Below, one piece after another: positions 25,018 to 35,987 of a DNA stretch of 64,000 nt. A program made the translations under genes and the position numbers. Positions within the stretch are counted from its first letter, which is position 1; each line of letters starts with the position of its first letter. This DNA is from Octopus vulgaris (taxonomy: Eukaryota). The notes beneath the pieces were generated by a model, which was given only the letters and a program-made list of their open reading frames with translations, was not told the DNA's origin and did no database searches. The DNA lies in the NCBI GenBank assembly GCA_951406725.2, contig OX597816.1, positions 73,904,001 to 73,968,000 of the forward strand, written 5' to 3'.

Positions 25018-25238
25018 CCCTTTCATTACTGTATCTATTTTGAGATGCTCTGTGTTTCTTTCAATTATTTTAAATATAACAAAGAATTTAGTAAAATTAT
25101 TTAGTTATCATTAAGTTAGTTTTAGGAACATAAATTGTGACTAAGGTTTGGTGGAAGATTTTAATTCAAAACTTATGAAAACAAGACATTTGTATTACAG
25201 AGCCAGAGCCGGTTTCAGCCAGGTTGGTAACGAAAGGG
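25018..25238 (+). mobile_element. piggyBac-type MITE with TTAA TSD
   Basis: TTAA-CCCTTTCATTAC...GTAACGAAAGGG-TTAA. Confidence 0.85.
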
Positions 25239-25889
25239 TTAATATATTCTTCTCTATTCTAGGCACAAGGCCCAACATTTTGGGGAAGGAAGCTAGTCAA
25301 TTAGATTGACCTCAGTATGCAACTGGTACTTAATTTATCGACCCCGAGAACGTAAAGACAGACGAAATACTGCTAAACATTTAGTCCAGCATGCTAACGT
25401 TTCTGCCAGCTCGTGATACTTTATGATCACCAGAGTTCTCTTTTTTATTAATATTAAGTGCGAGAGAGAAGGAAAGAGGAAGATAGCATGAGAGAGGGAG
25501 AGAGAGAAAGAGAGACTGTATGTAGGAGAGAGAGAGAGAGAGAGAAAGAGAGACTGTATGAGAGAGAGAGGTAAGTGCAAGAGAGAAGGAAAGAAAAAGA
25601 TAGCATGAGAGAGGGAGAGAGAAAAATAGCAGAAAAGAGAGAGAGAGGGAGGGAGACAGAGACAGTATGAGAGAGCAGTAAGTGCGAGCGAGAAGGAAAT
25701 AGAAAGACAGCATGAGAGAGGGAGAGAGAGTCAGTATGAGAGACAGAGGTAGGGTATGAGTGAGAAGGAGAGAGAAAGACAGTAAGAGAGAGACAGAGAG
25801 ATGTGTGTGTGTGTAAATAAATAGATGGATACTGGCTCTCTGTCACAGTCATGTGTTGAAAGGGATTCTTTAAGGATTGAATTATTCAC

Positions 25890-26165
25890 ATGGGTATTTC
25901 ATTCATCATTCTTAAACAGAGACCTTTTGAGCAGCATGGCCCACTTGACCTGAAGGAAATTCTAACTGGGCCTCAGTTGCAAAAGCCATGTGCTGTTTAT
26001 CTTGATATGAGGTCACCATATCATGCAGTTATGGTTGTGATACATGTGCCTGGTGTACCCTTATCAGACGGGTAGTCATGATGGGCATGTTAGGCTTCAT
26101 ATATTTGTATCCCAGCATCACTTTGATGGCATAACCTGCTCTCTCACTCAATAATAGTATTAATA
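25890..26165 (+). repeat. Dispersed repeat with (AAT)n tail; inverted copy at 27750-27950
   Basis: GTGCCTGGTGTACCCTTATCAGACGG shared in opposite orientations. Confidence 0.65.
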
Positions 26166-26574
26166 AAAAAGAAAACCCTGGTGATGGCAAAGTATCATGA
26201 GCTGGCAGAAGCGTTAGCACGCTGGGCAAAATACTTAGCAGTATTTTGCCTGTCTTTACGTTCTGAGTTCAAAATCCGCTGAGGTCGATTTTGCCTTTCA
26301 GCCAGGTTTCCTGACATATCTTAATATGTTGTCCAATATTTGCAAGCAAAAGGCTCCTTAAACAGTGTTGCTTCTTTCCAGTTCTCCATAAAAACATGTC
26401 TGGGCTGATAGTTGTTCAAAAGACTGGGAGATAAGCTCACTTGGAAACAAATAGAGGTTGACAGCAGAAAGGGCATCCAGCCATAGAAAACACTTCCATT
26501 TAAACATAGTCTTGTTTGATCCATGCAAACATGGAAAAGGAAGTATTAAAATGATGATGATGATGATGAACCTC

Positions 26575-27000
26575 ATGCTGGCATGGGTTGGACGGTCTTA
26601 CTGAGGACTGGTGAGCCAGAGGCTGCACCAGGCTCAATCTGATCTGACAAAGTTTCTACAGCTGGATGCCCTTCCTAACACCAACCACTCCAAGAGTATA
26701 GTAAATGCTTTTACGTGCCACTGGCACAAGGGCCAGTCAGGCGGTTCTGGCAACAACTACACTCAAAAGGTGTTTTTTACATGCTACCTGCACAGGGACC
26801 AGTCCGGTGGCACTGGCAACAACCATGCTTGATGTTGTTTTTCACATGCCACCGGCACATATGCCGATAAGGCGATGCTGGTAATGATCACACTTAAATG
26901 GAGCTTTTTATGTGCCACCATCACGGGAGCCAATCCGTGGCCCTGGCAACAATCACGCTTGGATGTGCTTTTAATGTTCCACTGGCACAAGTGCCAATCA
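26575..27000 (-). mobile_element. RTE 3' end
   Basis: CATGCTGGCATGGGTTGGACGG..CTGGATGCCCTTCCTAA and UTR tandem units. Confidence 0.7.
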
Positions 27001-28110
27001 GAAGAAGAAAAAAAAGCTGCAATCCATCTAAATACTCAGTACCATCTTGGCACCCTCTTAACATTCCCTGCACCTTGGGTGGAGGGAAGCTTCCAGCACC
27101 TACCTTACTGTTGCCTGGATTCAATAACAGTTAAGCTTCGAGTCATAACAACAGAGCTATTTTGATGCTGGAATGTGAAGAAATAAATCTTGCAAGTGAG
27201 AGGCATCAACTGCTACAACCAACCATCCAACCCACCGACTGACCAACCGACAATCCAAGTTTTAATCCTCACTTTTAGATTGTAACAACAACAACAACAA
27301 AAGAGAATATTACAAAACAGGCTGTTGAAGATAGAAACATAACTTTCACTACAGGAACAGATTGTGGGCCAAGCGTTATTATCATCATTATTATTGTTGT
27401 TGCTGTTATTATTATTATTGTTATTGTTGTTATTATTATTTGACATTTGATAGTTTCAGGCAAATTCCTATTGCATCACCTGCTACACCTCTGTGTTGCT
27501 AAGGTGAATGCAGTATTCTTTTTTTTTCTGGTTTTTGTTGGGGGAGTACAAACTCTTCCTGGTGTTGTGTTGCATGCGTTTGTTTTGTTACAGGGTTTGG
27601 CTTGGGTCTTTAGTTTTATTAGTGTGTGTAATATGAGTTATGTTCCTCTGTTAGATATCCAACCTGTATCATTACTACTACTACTACTACTTATATCGTC
27701 CCCAACATTTTTTGTAAACCCTTAGTGGTAAATAATGAAAGCATTTTATTATTATTGAGTGAGAGAGCAGTACATGCCATCAAAGTGACACTGGGGTACA
27801 ATACAAAAGGTCTAATATACCCATCATGACTATCCGTCTGATAAGGGTACACCAGGCACATACACCACAACCATATGTGCACGAACATGAAGATCTTATA
27901 TCAAAATAAACAGCGCATGACCTTGCTGGTGGGGCCCAGTTAGAGTTACTATTATCATCACCATTATCATTATTATTATTGTTGTTGTTGTTGTTGTTAT
28001 TATTATTACTATTTTTGCACAGCTTCTAATGCTGGAGATGTATTACAGTGTCAGCTGTTCACCTACCAGTGAACTAAGGTAACACCTCTTATTTTTCCAG
28101 CACCTTCCGG

Positions 28111-28151
<41 letters not shown>

Positions 28152-28355
28152 CTGTAAACATTGGTTTATAAACTAAATGCTAGCCCACATGTCGAAAAGA
28201 TATGATGTTTTACTGACTGTGTATAAAAATAAATAGCTGAGAAACATGGGAGAAATAGATGAGATAAAAATAGCTCTGGAGTGAATGAGTTGCACATTCG
28301 GAATACATACATACATATATAGATACATACATACATATATACATACATACATACA

Positions 28356-28389
<34 letters not shown>

Positions 28390-28524
28390 CATATATATAT
28401 ATTTATATACACATGTGTAATTTACTAAAAAGTATTTTGTAATCCTTCAGCTTAATGCTAAATTGTTTTCATATGAAAGTTGACATAAAAACAAGCATTG
28501 ATATATATATATATATATATATAT

Positions 28525-28569
<45 letters not shown>

Positions 28570-28594
28570 CAGATAGATAGATACATATATGAGC

Positions 28595-29180
28595 TGGCTG
28601 ACAGGCTCCCCATGTGGAACGTAAAAAGCACCATCCAAACGTGGTCAATGTCAGCCCCCTTACCCTGACTGGCTCCTGTGCCAGTGGAATGTAAAAAGCA
28701 CCCACTACACTCTCAGAGTGCTTGGCGTTAGGAAGGGTATCTGGCTGTAAAATCCTTGCTAAGTCAGATCGGAACCTGGCGCAGCCCCGACCCCCTGGCA
28801 TACCAGTTTTCAATCAAATTATCCAACCCATGCCAGCATGGAAAGCAGACGTTAAATGATGATCATGATGATGATGATCATGATGATGATGCATGTATGG
28901 AAAGAAATTTGCTTCCCAGCCCACATGGTTTTAGGTTCAGTCCTACTGAACTACAGCCTTGTGAGTAGATGGAAACTGAAAGAAGCCCATGGCGTGTGTG
29001 TGTCTTTGTGCCTATGTTTGTCCTCCACCACTGCTCGGCAACCAGTGTTGGTGGTGAGCTTATGTTACCATAACTTAGCAGATTGATAAATAAGTACCGG
29101 GTTGATTTGTTCAACTAAAATTCTTCAAGGCAGAGCCCCAGCATGGCCACAGACTAATGATTGAAACAAGGATAGAAGAG
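28595..29180 (+). mobile_element. RTE 3' end followed by a deleted SINE family A
   Basis: RTE tail to 28890, then SINE head and tail motifs. Confidence 0.65.
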
Positions 29181-29279
29181 ATGTACAATATATCATCACC
29201 ATCATTTAATGACTGTTTTCCATACACGCACACACATATATATGTAACTGTAACTATATATATATATATATCAATATAT

Positions 29280-29505
29280 ATCCGAACATGGTCGATGCCA
29301 GTGTCCCCTGACTGGCTCCTGTACTGGTAGCACATAAAAAGCACCCACTACACTCTCAGAGTGGTTGGCATTAGGAAGTGCTTCCAGCTGTAGAAACTTT
29401 GCCAGATCAGATTGGAGCCTGGTGCAGCCTCCTGGCTGTCCAGACCTCAGTCAAACTGTCCAACCCATGCCAGCATGAAAAACGGACGTTAAACGATGAT
29501 GATGA
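29280..29505 (+). mobile_element. RTE 3' end
   Basis: Matches 16200-16406. Confidence 0.75.
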
Positions 29506-29516
29506 TATATATATAT

Positions 29517-29569
<53 letters not shown>

Positions 29570-29638
29570 GCGGGTAATTCAATCTGGTCGTGTGCATACG
29601 TGGATATATATGTATGTATATGTTCGTATATGTAAGTA

Positions 29639-30033
29639 CTAGCAGTATCGCCCGGCGTTGCTCGGGTTGTAAGGGAAATAACTATATAAGCATTTTTAGA
29701 GAGTTATAGCCAAAAAATAGCAAAAAAATGCATTAAAAATTGAAAAAAAATTAAGGTAAATTTTTTTTTAAATCGTTGACACATCGTAGATATTTTTAGA
29801 GAGTTACTTCCCTTATATAAAAGCGAAAAAAATGCATTAAAATGGAAAAATATGATGGTAAATTTTTTTTAAATCGTAGACTCATCGTAGACGCACGCTA
29901 ATACTCAGAAGGGCTCGATATGAATCACGACTATAAGATACCCGCTTTTGGTTAAACTGCACTGCAAAATGTGGGAGTAGTTAGGAATCTAAATTGTAGG
30001 AGACAGACACACAACTTCACTCTTATATAAAGA
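29639..30033 (-). mobile_element. Non-autonomous Helitron
   Basis: Same CTAG and hairpin terminus as 1438; 5' TCTTTATATAAG; A|T insertion site. Confidence 0.75.
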
Positions 30034-30045
30034 TGCTTTTTTTTT

Positions 30046-30360
30046 TCAGTCACAGAGTTAGATTTATGAAGGTCTTCAGTAGAAAATCCTTCGAATTCTG
30101 ACTCGCTGCTTGATATAATGAAATTCGTATCCATTTTTTGTCAGAATTACAAATTTTGAAAACACAATAGGAACAAATTTCGGAAAAAAAATCTCCCATA
30201 ATTCACGGAATTAAAATTACACTTCGATTTTTGTACAAAACTGTAGTTGAAGTGTTTACGAAGTATAATACGTGTTTTCACGAATGTACTAAAGAGATTT
30301 GCTCTGATATTCTCATTTAAATATGAATAGGTAAATTCGGGCGGCTTGGTAACGAAAGGG
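30046..30360 (-). mobile_element. piggyBac left end with transposase N-terminus
   Basis: TTAA-CCCTTTCGTTACCAA terminus; ORF start MDTNFIISSSESEFEGFSTEDL, an acidic leader of the type seen in piggyBac transposases. Confidence 0.55.
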
Positions 30361-30754
30361 TTAAACGGATGCATACATTTATTAATCTCTTATTATAATA
30401 ACTATATATAAGTGTCGTCTGTTTATACATAAACACTGTTTCATACTGCAATTATATATACATATATCTATATATAATATTATATAATGAAATATATACA
30501 GAGTAAAATAAAAACCAATTTACCTTTTCTGTCCGTCCGTGTGTCTTTGCAAATGTGTTGGAATGATAAGTGAGTTGTGTTTTGGCGCCTTTTTTACTAA
30601 TAACAAACACACACGTGTTTGTATGTAGTTGTATGTGTATGTAGTTGTATGTAGTTGTATATGTATGTGTATGCGTGTGTGTGAGGAATGACACACACAC
30701 ACTCACGCACGCACACATGTACATCAATGCTTTCTGAGTGATATGTTAAAATAT

Positions 30755-31187
30755 TGAGTTTTCTCGAATTTTGTCTTAATTGGTGGTAAAATTGAAAGAA
30801 ATTTTTTATGGCATCACCCACTGAAGTACTCTGAAAAATCATGGGTACACTCTAATTGAAGAAATTGTGTGAGGAGTAAATCGTTATGTATTTATTTGTT
30901 TCTGTTTGCTGTGTTTCTTTATTTTTTGAGTAGTGGTTTAAATACTTTCAGTTTAGTCTTCCTCAAATCACTCTGTCGCTATTTACTTTCATTTTATTCG
31001 TTGCACACTGTGTGTGTGCGTTTGCGTGTGCTGTAAACCAGACTAAGAAAAGCATTTGACATACACACCAGAATGTGAGTTTTCTGTAAATTTTGCTTAA
31101 TTGGAGTTTAAATTTTAAAAACTGGACCTGGCATGACCCGATGCATTCTACTCTTAAAAATGCTAGGTAAATTGTAATTGAAGAAAT
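30755..31187. repeat. Two diverged copies of a 111-bp non-coding module (30755-30865, 31076-31187)
   Basis: Shared blocks TGAGTTTTCT, AATTTTG, CTTAATTGG, TGGCATsACCC, TACTCTkAAAAAT, TAATTGAAGAAAT in the same order and spacing. Confidence 0.7.
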
Positions 31188-31428
31188 CCTATATTGTAGA
31201 TTTCTATAACTCCCAAAGGGAGGCAGATAAAATCTGCCTTTTATAATAAGAGATTCATATGTTGCATATATATATATATAGGCCCATGAGCATAGGGCGT
31301 AGTGGTTAAGAGTGCAGGCTACTAACCCCAAGATTCTGTGTTCGATTCCAGGCAGTGACCTGAATAATAACAATAATAACAACAATAGGCATAGGAGTGG
31401 CTGTATTGTAAGTAGCTTGCTTACGAAC

Positions 31429-31610
31429 CAAAGCATTTCTTATGCAGAGCCAGATCCAAGATCTGGAATTATCCAGTAATTTTTTTGCTAGTTTATTTTG
31501 TCTTTTTGTCTTCCTGGTGCTGTATGAACATTTAATGTGGTTTTAGAGTCGAGTTTTGATTGCTATATCTAGCATGGTGGTATCTCATAGATACCCTTAA
31601 TTATAATTTT
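31429..31610 (+). mobile_element. Second, 5'-clipped copy of the hammerhead-bearing unit at 7741-7918
   Basis: CAAAGCATTTCTTATGCAGAGCCAGA..GATCTGGAATTAT..AGATACCCTTAATTATAAT. Confidence 0.8.
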
Positions 31611-32284
31611 ATATATATATATCAAATATAGATTAAAAACAGAACACAATATTTGATATATTCTCTCACCTCTGCCACTATCTGGCATATACAGGTGCTT
31701 ACACTTATCAAGTATTCACTTTAAATTTACAGTACCTACTATATATATATATATGTGTGTCACTATATCACTATATATATATTTCACACACATATGTACG
31801 TATGTGTATATATCATCATCATTTAACATCCATTGTCTAGCCGGGCAAGCTTAGGTTCTCCCTGAACAGGACACCCATCTGTTACAGGGGTGACCCCATT
31901 TACAGTTGAGTGAACTGGAGCAATGTGACATAGTGTTTTGTTCAAGACTACAATGTACAGCTGGTCTGAGAATTGAAACCATCATGGGCGCAACATGCCT
32001 GACCATTATTCCAGACAGACAGATTTTATTTTTTAATGACCCTCTCCAGATACAACAATATATATTATGGATATATCTATGTATATATGCTTCTATGAGT
32101 ATGTATGTCAACAAAAAGGGTCACTCACTTCTATTCCAAACAGAAAGAAAGGGACTTAGTAAAACAGTCAGACCACCCTCACCATCTGGAAACTGTGTTT
32201 TAGAGAATCATTCTTTGGTAAAATTTTCCATATCTGACTCTGGCCATATTCTTTTCTATTTTTATTTTAAACGAAACTTTTACT

Positions 32285-32500
32285 TTTTTACTTGCTTCAG
32301 TCATTTGACTGTGGCCATGCTGGAACACCACCTTTAGTTGAACGAATTAGCCCCAGGACTAATCCTTTGTAAGCCTAGTATTTATACTATTGGTCTCTTT
32401 TGCTGAACTGCTAAGTTATGGGGACGTAAACACACCAACATCAGTTGTCAAGAGATGGTGGGGGACAAACACAGACACAAAAACATACATACACACATAC

Positions 32501-32541
<41 letters not shown>

Positions 32542-33130
32542 TAGATAGATATAGATATAGATATAGATATATACATATATATATATATATATATTAAATG
32601 TCTCCACTGTCATTTCCTTGTTCGACCCTCCATAAATCCTAAATTTTATTTTAGAATTTATGGGAGCAACTGTCTTTGAAGACTCATATTGTCGTTGAAT
32701 GCTTGAAATGAGGAGTAGATAGACAGCCGAAAACTGATGAAGGGTCCTTTCTCTGTGTTAACGTGTCCTGTTTTCCATTTTCTTTCGTTGTTCACATACT
32801 TCACTCATTTTTCCTTCATTTGTTTACGTATTTCATGTTATTTGCACCATTGGTGACGTCCTGCACCCATATATGCATGTATATATATATATATCATCAT
32901 CATCATCATCATATATATGTTATATATATTATATATTATTTATTATTATATATAGGCTTATTATATACAGGCTTCTTTCAGTTTCCATCTACGAAATCTA
33001 CTCACAAGGCTTTGGTCAGCCTGAGTCTATAGCAGAAGATACTTGTCCAAGGTGCCATGCAGTGGGATTGAACCTGGGAATCTCACATGTGTTTGGGAAG
33101 CCAACTTGTTACCACACAACCTGTGCCTAT
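32285..33130 (-). mobile_element. SINE family A split by an insertion in its internal (TA)n
   Basis: 3' half 32285-32490 and 5' half 32965-33130; the insert at 32595-32880 has hammerhead-like remnants. Confidence 0.7.
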
Positions 33131-33174
33131 GAATATCATTAAAGAGAATGTTCTTTGTTACTTCATTTTTTCTA

Positions 33175-33550
33175 GGAAGAAGGAAGGAATGGAAGAAAGA
33201 AAGAAAGAAAGGAATGAAAGAAAGGAACGATTGAACGAACGAAGAAAGGAAGAAAAAGAAAGGAAGGAAGAAAGAAAGGAAGGAAGGAAGGAGGAAAAAA
33301 GGAATGAACGAACGAACGAAGAAAAAGGATGGAAGAAAGAATTAAAAAGGAAGAAAGAAAGAAAGAAGAAAGAAAGGAAGGAAAAGAAAAGAAGAGGAAA
33401 AAAAGAAAAAAGAAAGGAAGAAACGAAGGAAGATAGAAGAAAGAAAGGAAGGAAGAAAGGAAAGGAAAAAGAAAGAAAGAATGAAAAAGGAAAGGAAAAA
33501 CAAAGGAAAGAAGAGAGGAAGAAAGAAAGAAAGGAATGTAAAAAAGGAAG
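33175..33550. repeat. Purine-rich (GAAA/GGAA)n low-complexity tract
   Basis: Direct inspection. Confidence 0.9.
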
Positions 33551-33679
33551 AACAGTTTTGGATGGAGATTTATCTCGTGTGTGTGTGTGGCATCACAAAT
33601 ATACTTAGCTTTCCTTCTATAATCAACAGAGAACAGGAGCTGAAGAAGAGAGAAGCCGTGTGTGTGTGGGGGGCATTGC

Positions 33680-33965
33680 TTAATGTCTATTTTCCATGCT
33701 GGCATGGGTTGGTCGGTTTGACTTGGGTCTGGGAAGCCAGGAGGCTGCACCAGGCTCAAGTCTGATCTGGCAGCATTTCTACAGCTGGATGCCCTTCCTA
33801 ACACCAACCACTCTGAGAGTATAGTGGGTGCTCTTTACGTACCACCGGCACAGAGGCCACACGGAGCTGGCATTGGCCACATTCAGATGGTGCTTTTTAT
33901 GTGCCACTGGCATGGGGATCACAACTACAATTTCCATTTGATTTTGATGTGCTTGACTCAAAAGG
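33680..33965 (-). mobile_element. RTE 3' end
   Basis: Reverse complement of the RTE UTR and stem-loop. Confidence 0.75.
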
Positions 33966-33989
33966 TCACCTTGGAATTTATGAATATTT

Positions 33990-34318
33990 AATACATCGCG
34001 ATGCGCGTTTCCACAAATCAAATGACTTTAACATCAAAGTCCAGATCCTTGGGATGCTTACAGTATGGTCCACAGTATCCATGGATATCTGGTTGATCAT
34101 CATCATTGGTTCATTTCATCAGGGGATACTGCATCATTGGAGGAATTACAGAGGGACGGTTATCCCTTCTTGCCAGAATGAAGGCCAATCTAAATGAAGC
34201 AATGATGATGATCAACTGGATACCCATGGATACTACAGTCTATACTGTACTCATCCCACGGATACAGACTCTGATATTAAAGTCACGTGATTTGTGGAAA
34301 CACATGTAGTGATATATT
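33990..34318. mobile_element. Foldback MITE with about 125-bp imperfect arms
   Basis: GTTTCCACAAATCA..GACTTTAA..GTATCCATGG..GTTGATCATCATCATTG mirrored at 34193-34318. Confidence 0.7.
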
Positions 34319-34383
34319 ATATTAAATATTTATAAATTTCATCCCAGAATTATTGTTATCATTGTGTGTGTGTGTGTGTGTGT

Positions 34384-34434
<51 letters not shown>

Positions 34435-34444
34435 CGTGTGTGTG

Positions 34445-34481
<37 letters not shown>

Positions 34482-34748
34482 ATGTGTTTGTGTGTGTTTG
34501 TGTATGTGTGTGTGTGTATACATGTATGTGTTTTTATGTATCCTAGTCTAGACATCACATGATATGGTTATCAACAAACTTCACTGTCATAAAAGTGGTT
34601 GTATCCATTTCCAGTCTTCTGTGAAAAACATGTCTGGTCTTTAAAGAATAATATTTTGCCTAGGAAAATCCGTCTCACTCAATTCCATCAGAGCCATTCA
34701 AGTATGGAAGAGCAGACATCAAATAAATGGTAATGATTACAATATATA

Positions 34749-35624
34749 CATGGTCTGATCAATAAGTGTCCAGACTGTTGTCATGGGAACGAAGCTAAAG
34801 CACTCAGAGTGAAGCTGCTTTGCAAAGATTGACCTTAAACTCTGCTATGCATACACACTAAGTTTTAATATTGTAGCTCACTTCTGCTGTTTACAGGAGT
34901 GCTTGGAAGGAAGGTGTGTAGCGTGTGATCATCGCATTGACCATGACAGTGTGAGCAGAGAATCTGCATCAAATTTTGCAAAAAGCTTGGAGATACCTGC
35001 TCCGAGGCCTACACAAAGCTTTCAAAATGTTTTCATCATTCTTGATGCAATCAAGATCTTGCGCAACTGAAACCTGAGTGTCAGCTGAAAGCAGTTTTGG
35101 CATAAACTTGGCAAACACACTTCTCATACCCAAATCTTCAGTGATAATGGGCTGAACTGAACCATAACTAATCAGCATATCCTCTGATAACTCACAGATG
35201 GTGATTCAATGATTTCCCCTCGCAGCTGCTCGCACATCTGTGATGTTTTTCTCAGTTCTGCTGGCTGCAGGTCTCTCAGAACATTCGTCAATATTGACAT
35301 ATTTTCAGCCATCTTGGAAACGTCTGAACCACTTGTACACTTGTGGGTGACTCATACACTCCTCTCCATACACTTTCTTCAACTTTGCATAGGCTTCTGA
35401 GCAGGTATCGCTATGACAACGCTCTTTGTCATAGTATGTGATGATTACATGCTACACACCTTCCTTCCAAGCACTACTGTAAACAAGGGAAGTGAATTAG
35501 AACATTAAAACTTTGTGCGCATGCACAACAGAGTTCAAGGTCAATCTTTTCCAAGCAACTTCACTCTGCGTGCTTTAGTTTCATTACTATGGCAACAGTC
35601 CGGATACTTATTGATCAGATCTCA
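34749..35624. mobile_element. Palindromic mariner derivative made of two 5' ends
   Basis: TA-flanked TIR GGTCTGATCAATAAGT; about 190-bp inverted arms; EQRICIKFCKKLG on plus, VYKWFRRF..IITEDLGMRSVFAKFMPKLL on minus. Confidence 0.85.
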
Positions 35625-35987
35625 TATCTGGAGCAATCTGAAATGTATTTTCAAAAACACAATGTGCCACTCAGTCCAGGAATCGAATCCATGATTGCTA
35701 CATCATGAGTGAAACACCCTAACCACTAGGCCATGCACCTTCAACTTTAAAGATAATCTGGAACTCGACTGATGAAAGAAAACTCCGAATGATCTGTCTT
35801 TGTTTTTTCTTGTCCCTTTTTTGTATTCTTTTATATATATATAATTATAACTTAGGGTATCTATAATTATAATTTTAATGATAATTATTACCTTTGAAGG
35901 TTTTTATTTCCATGCTAGCCACTTGATAATTTAAATCAACAATCTTATCCTTATTTATATAAATATATATCTATATATATATTTATA

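Noticed and set aside
33087-33807. Long ORFs (173 and 211 aa) and similar ORFs at 8525, 22420, 23006, 23757 and 41301
   Set aside because: Translations of microsatellite, low-complexity or tandem-repeat DNA.
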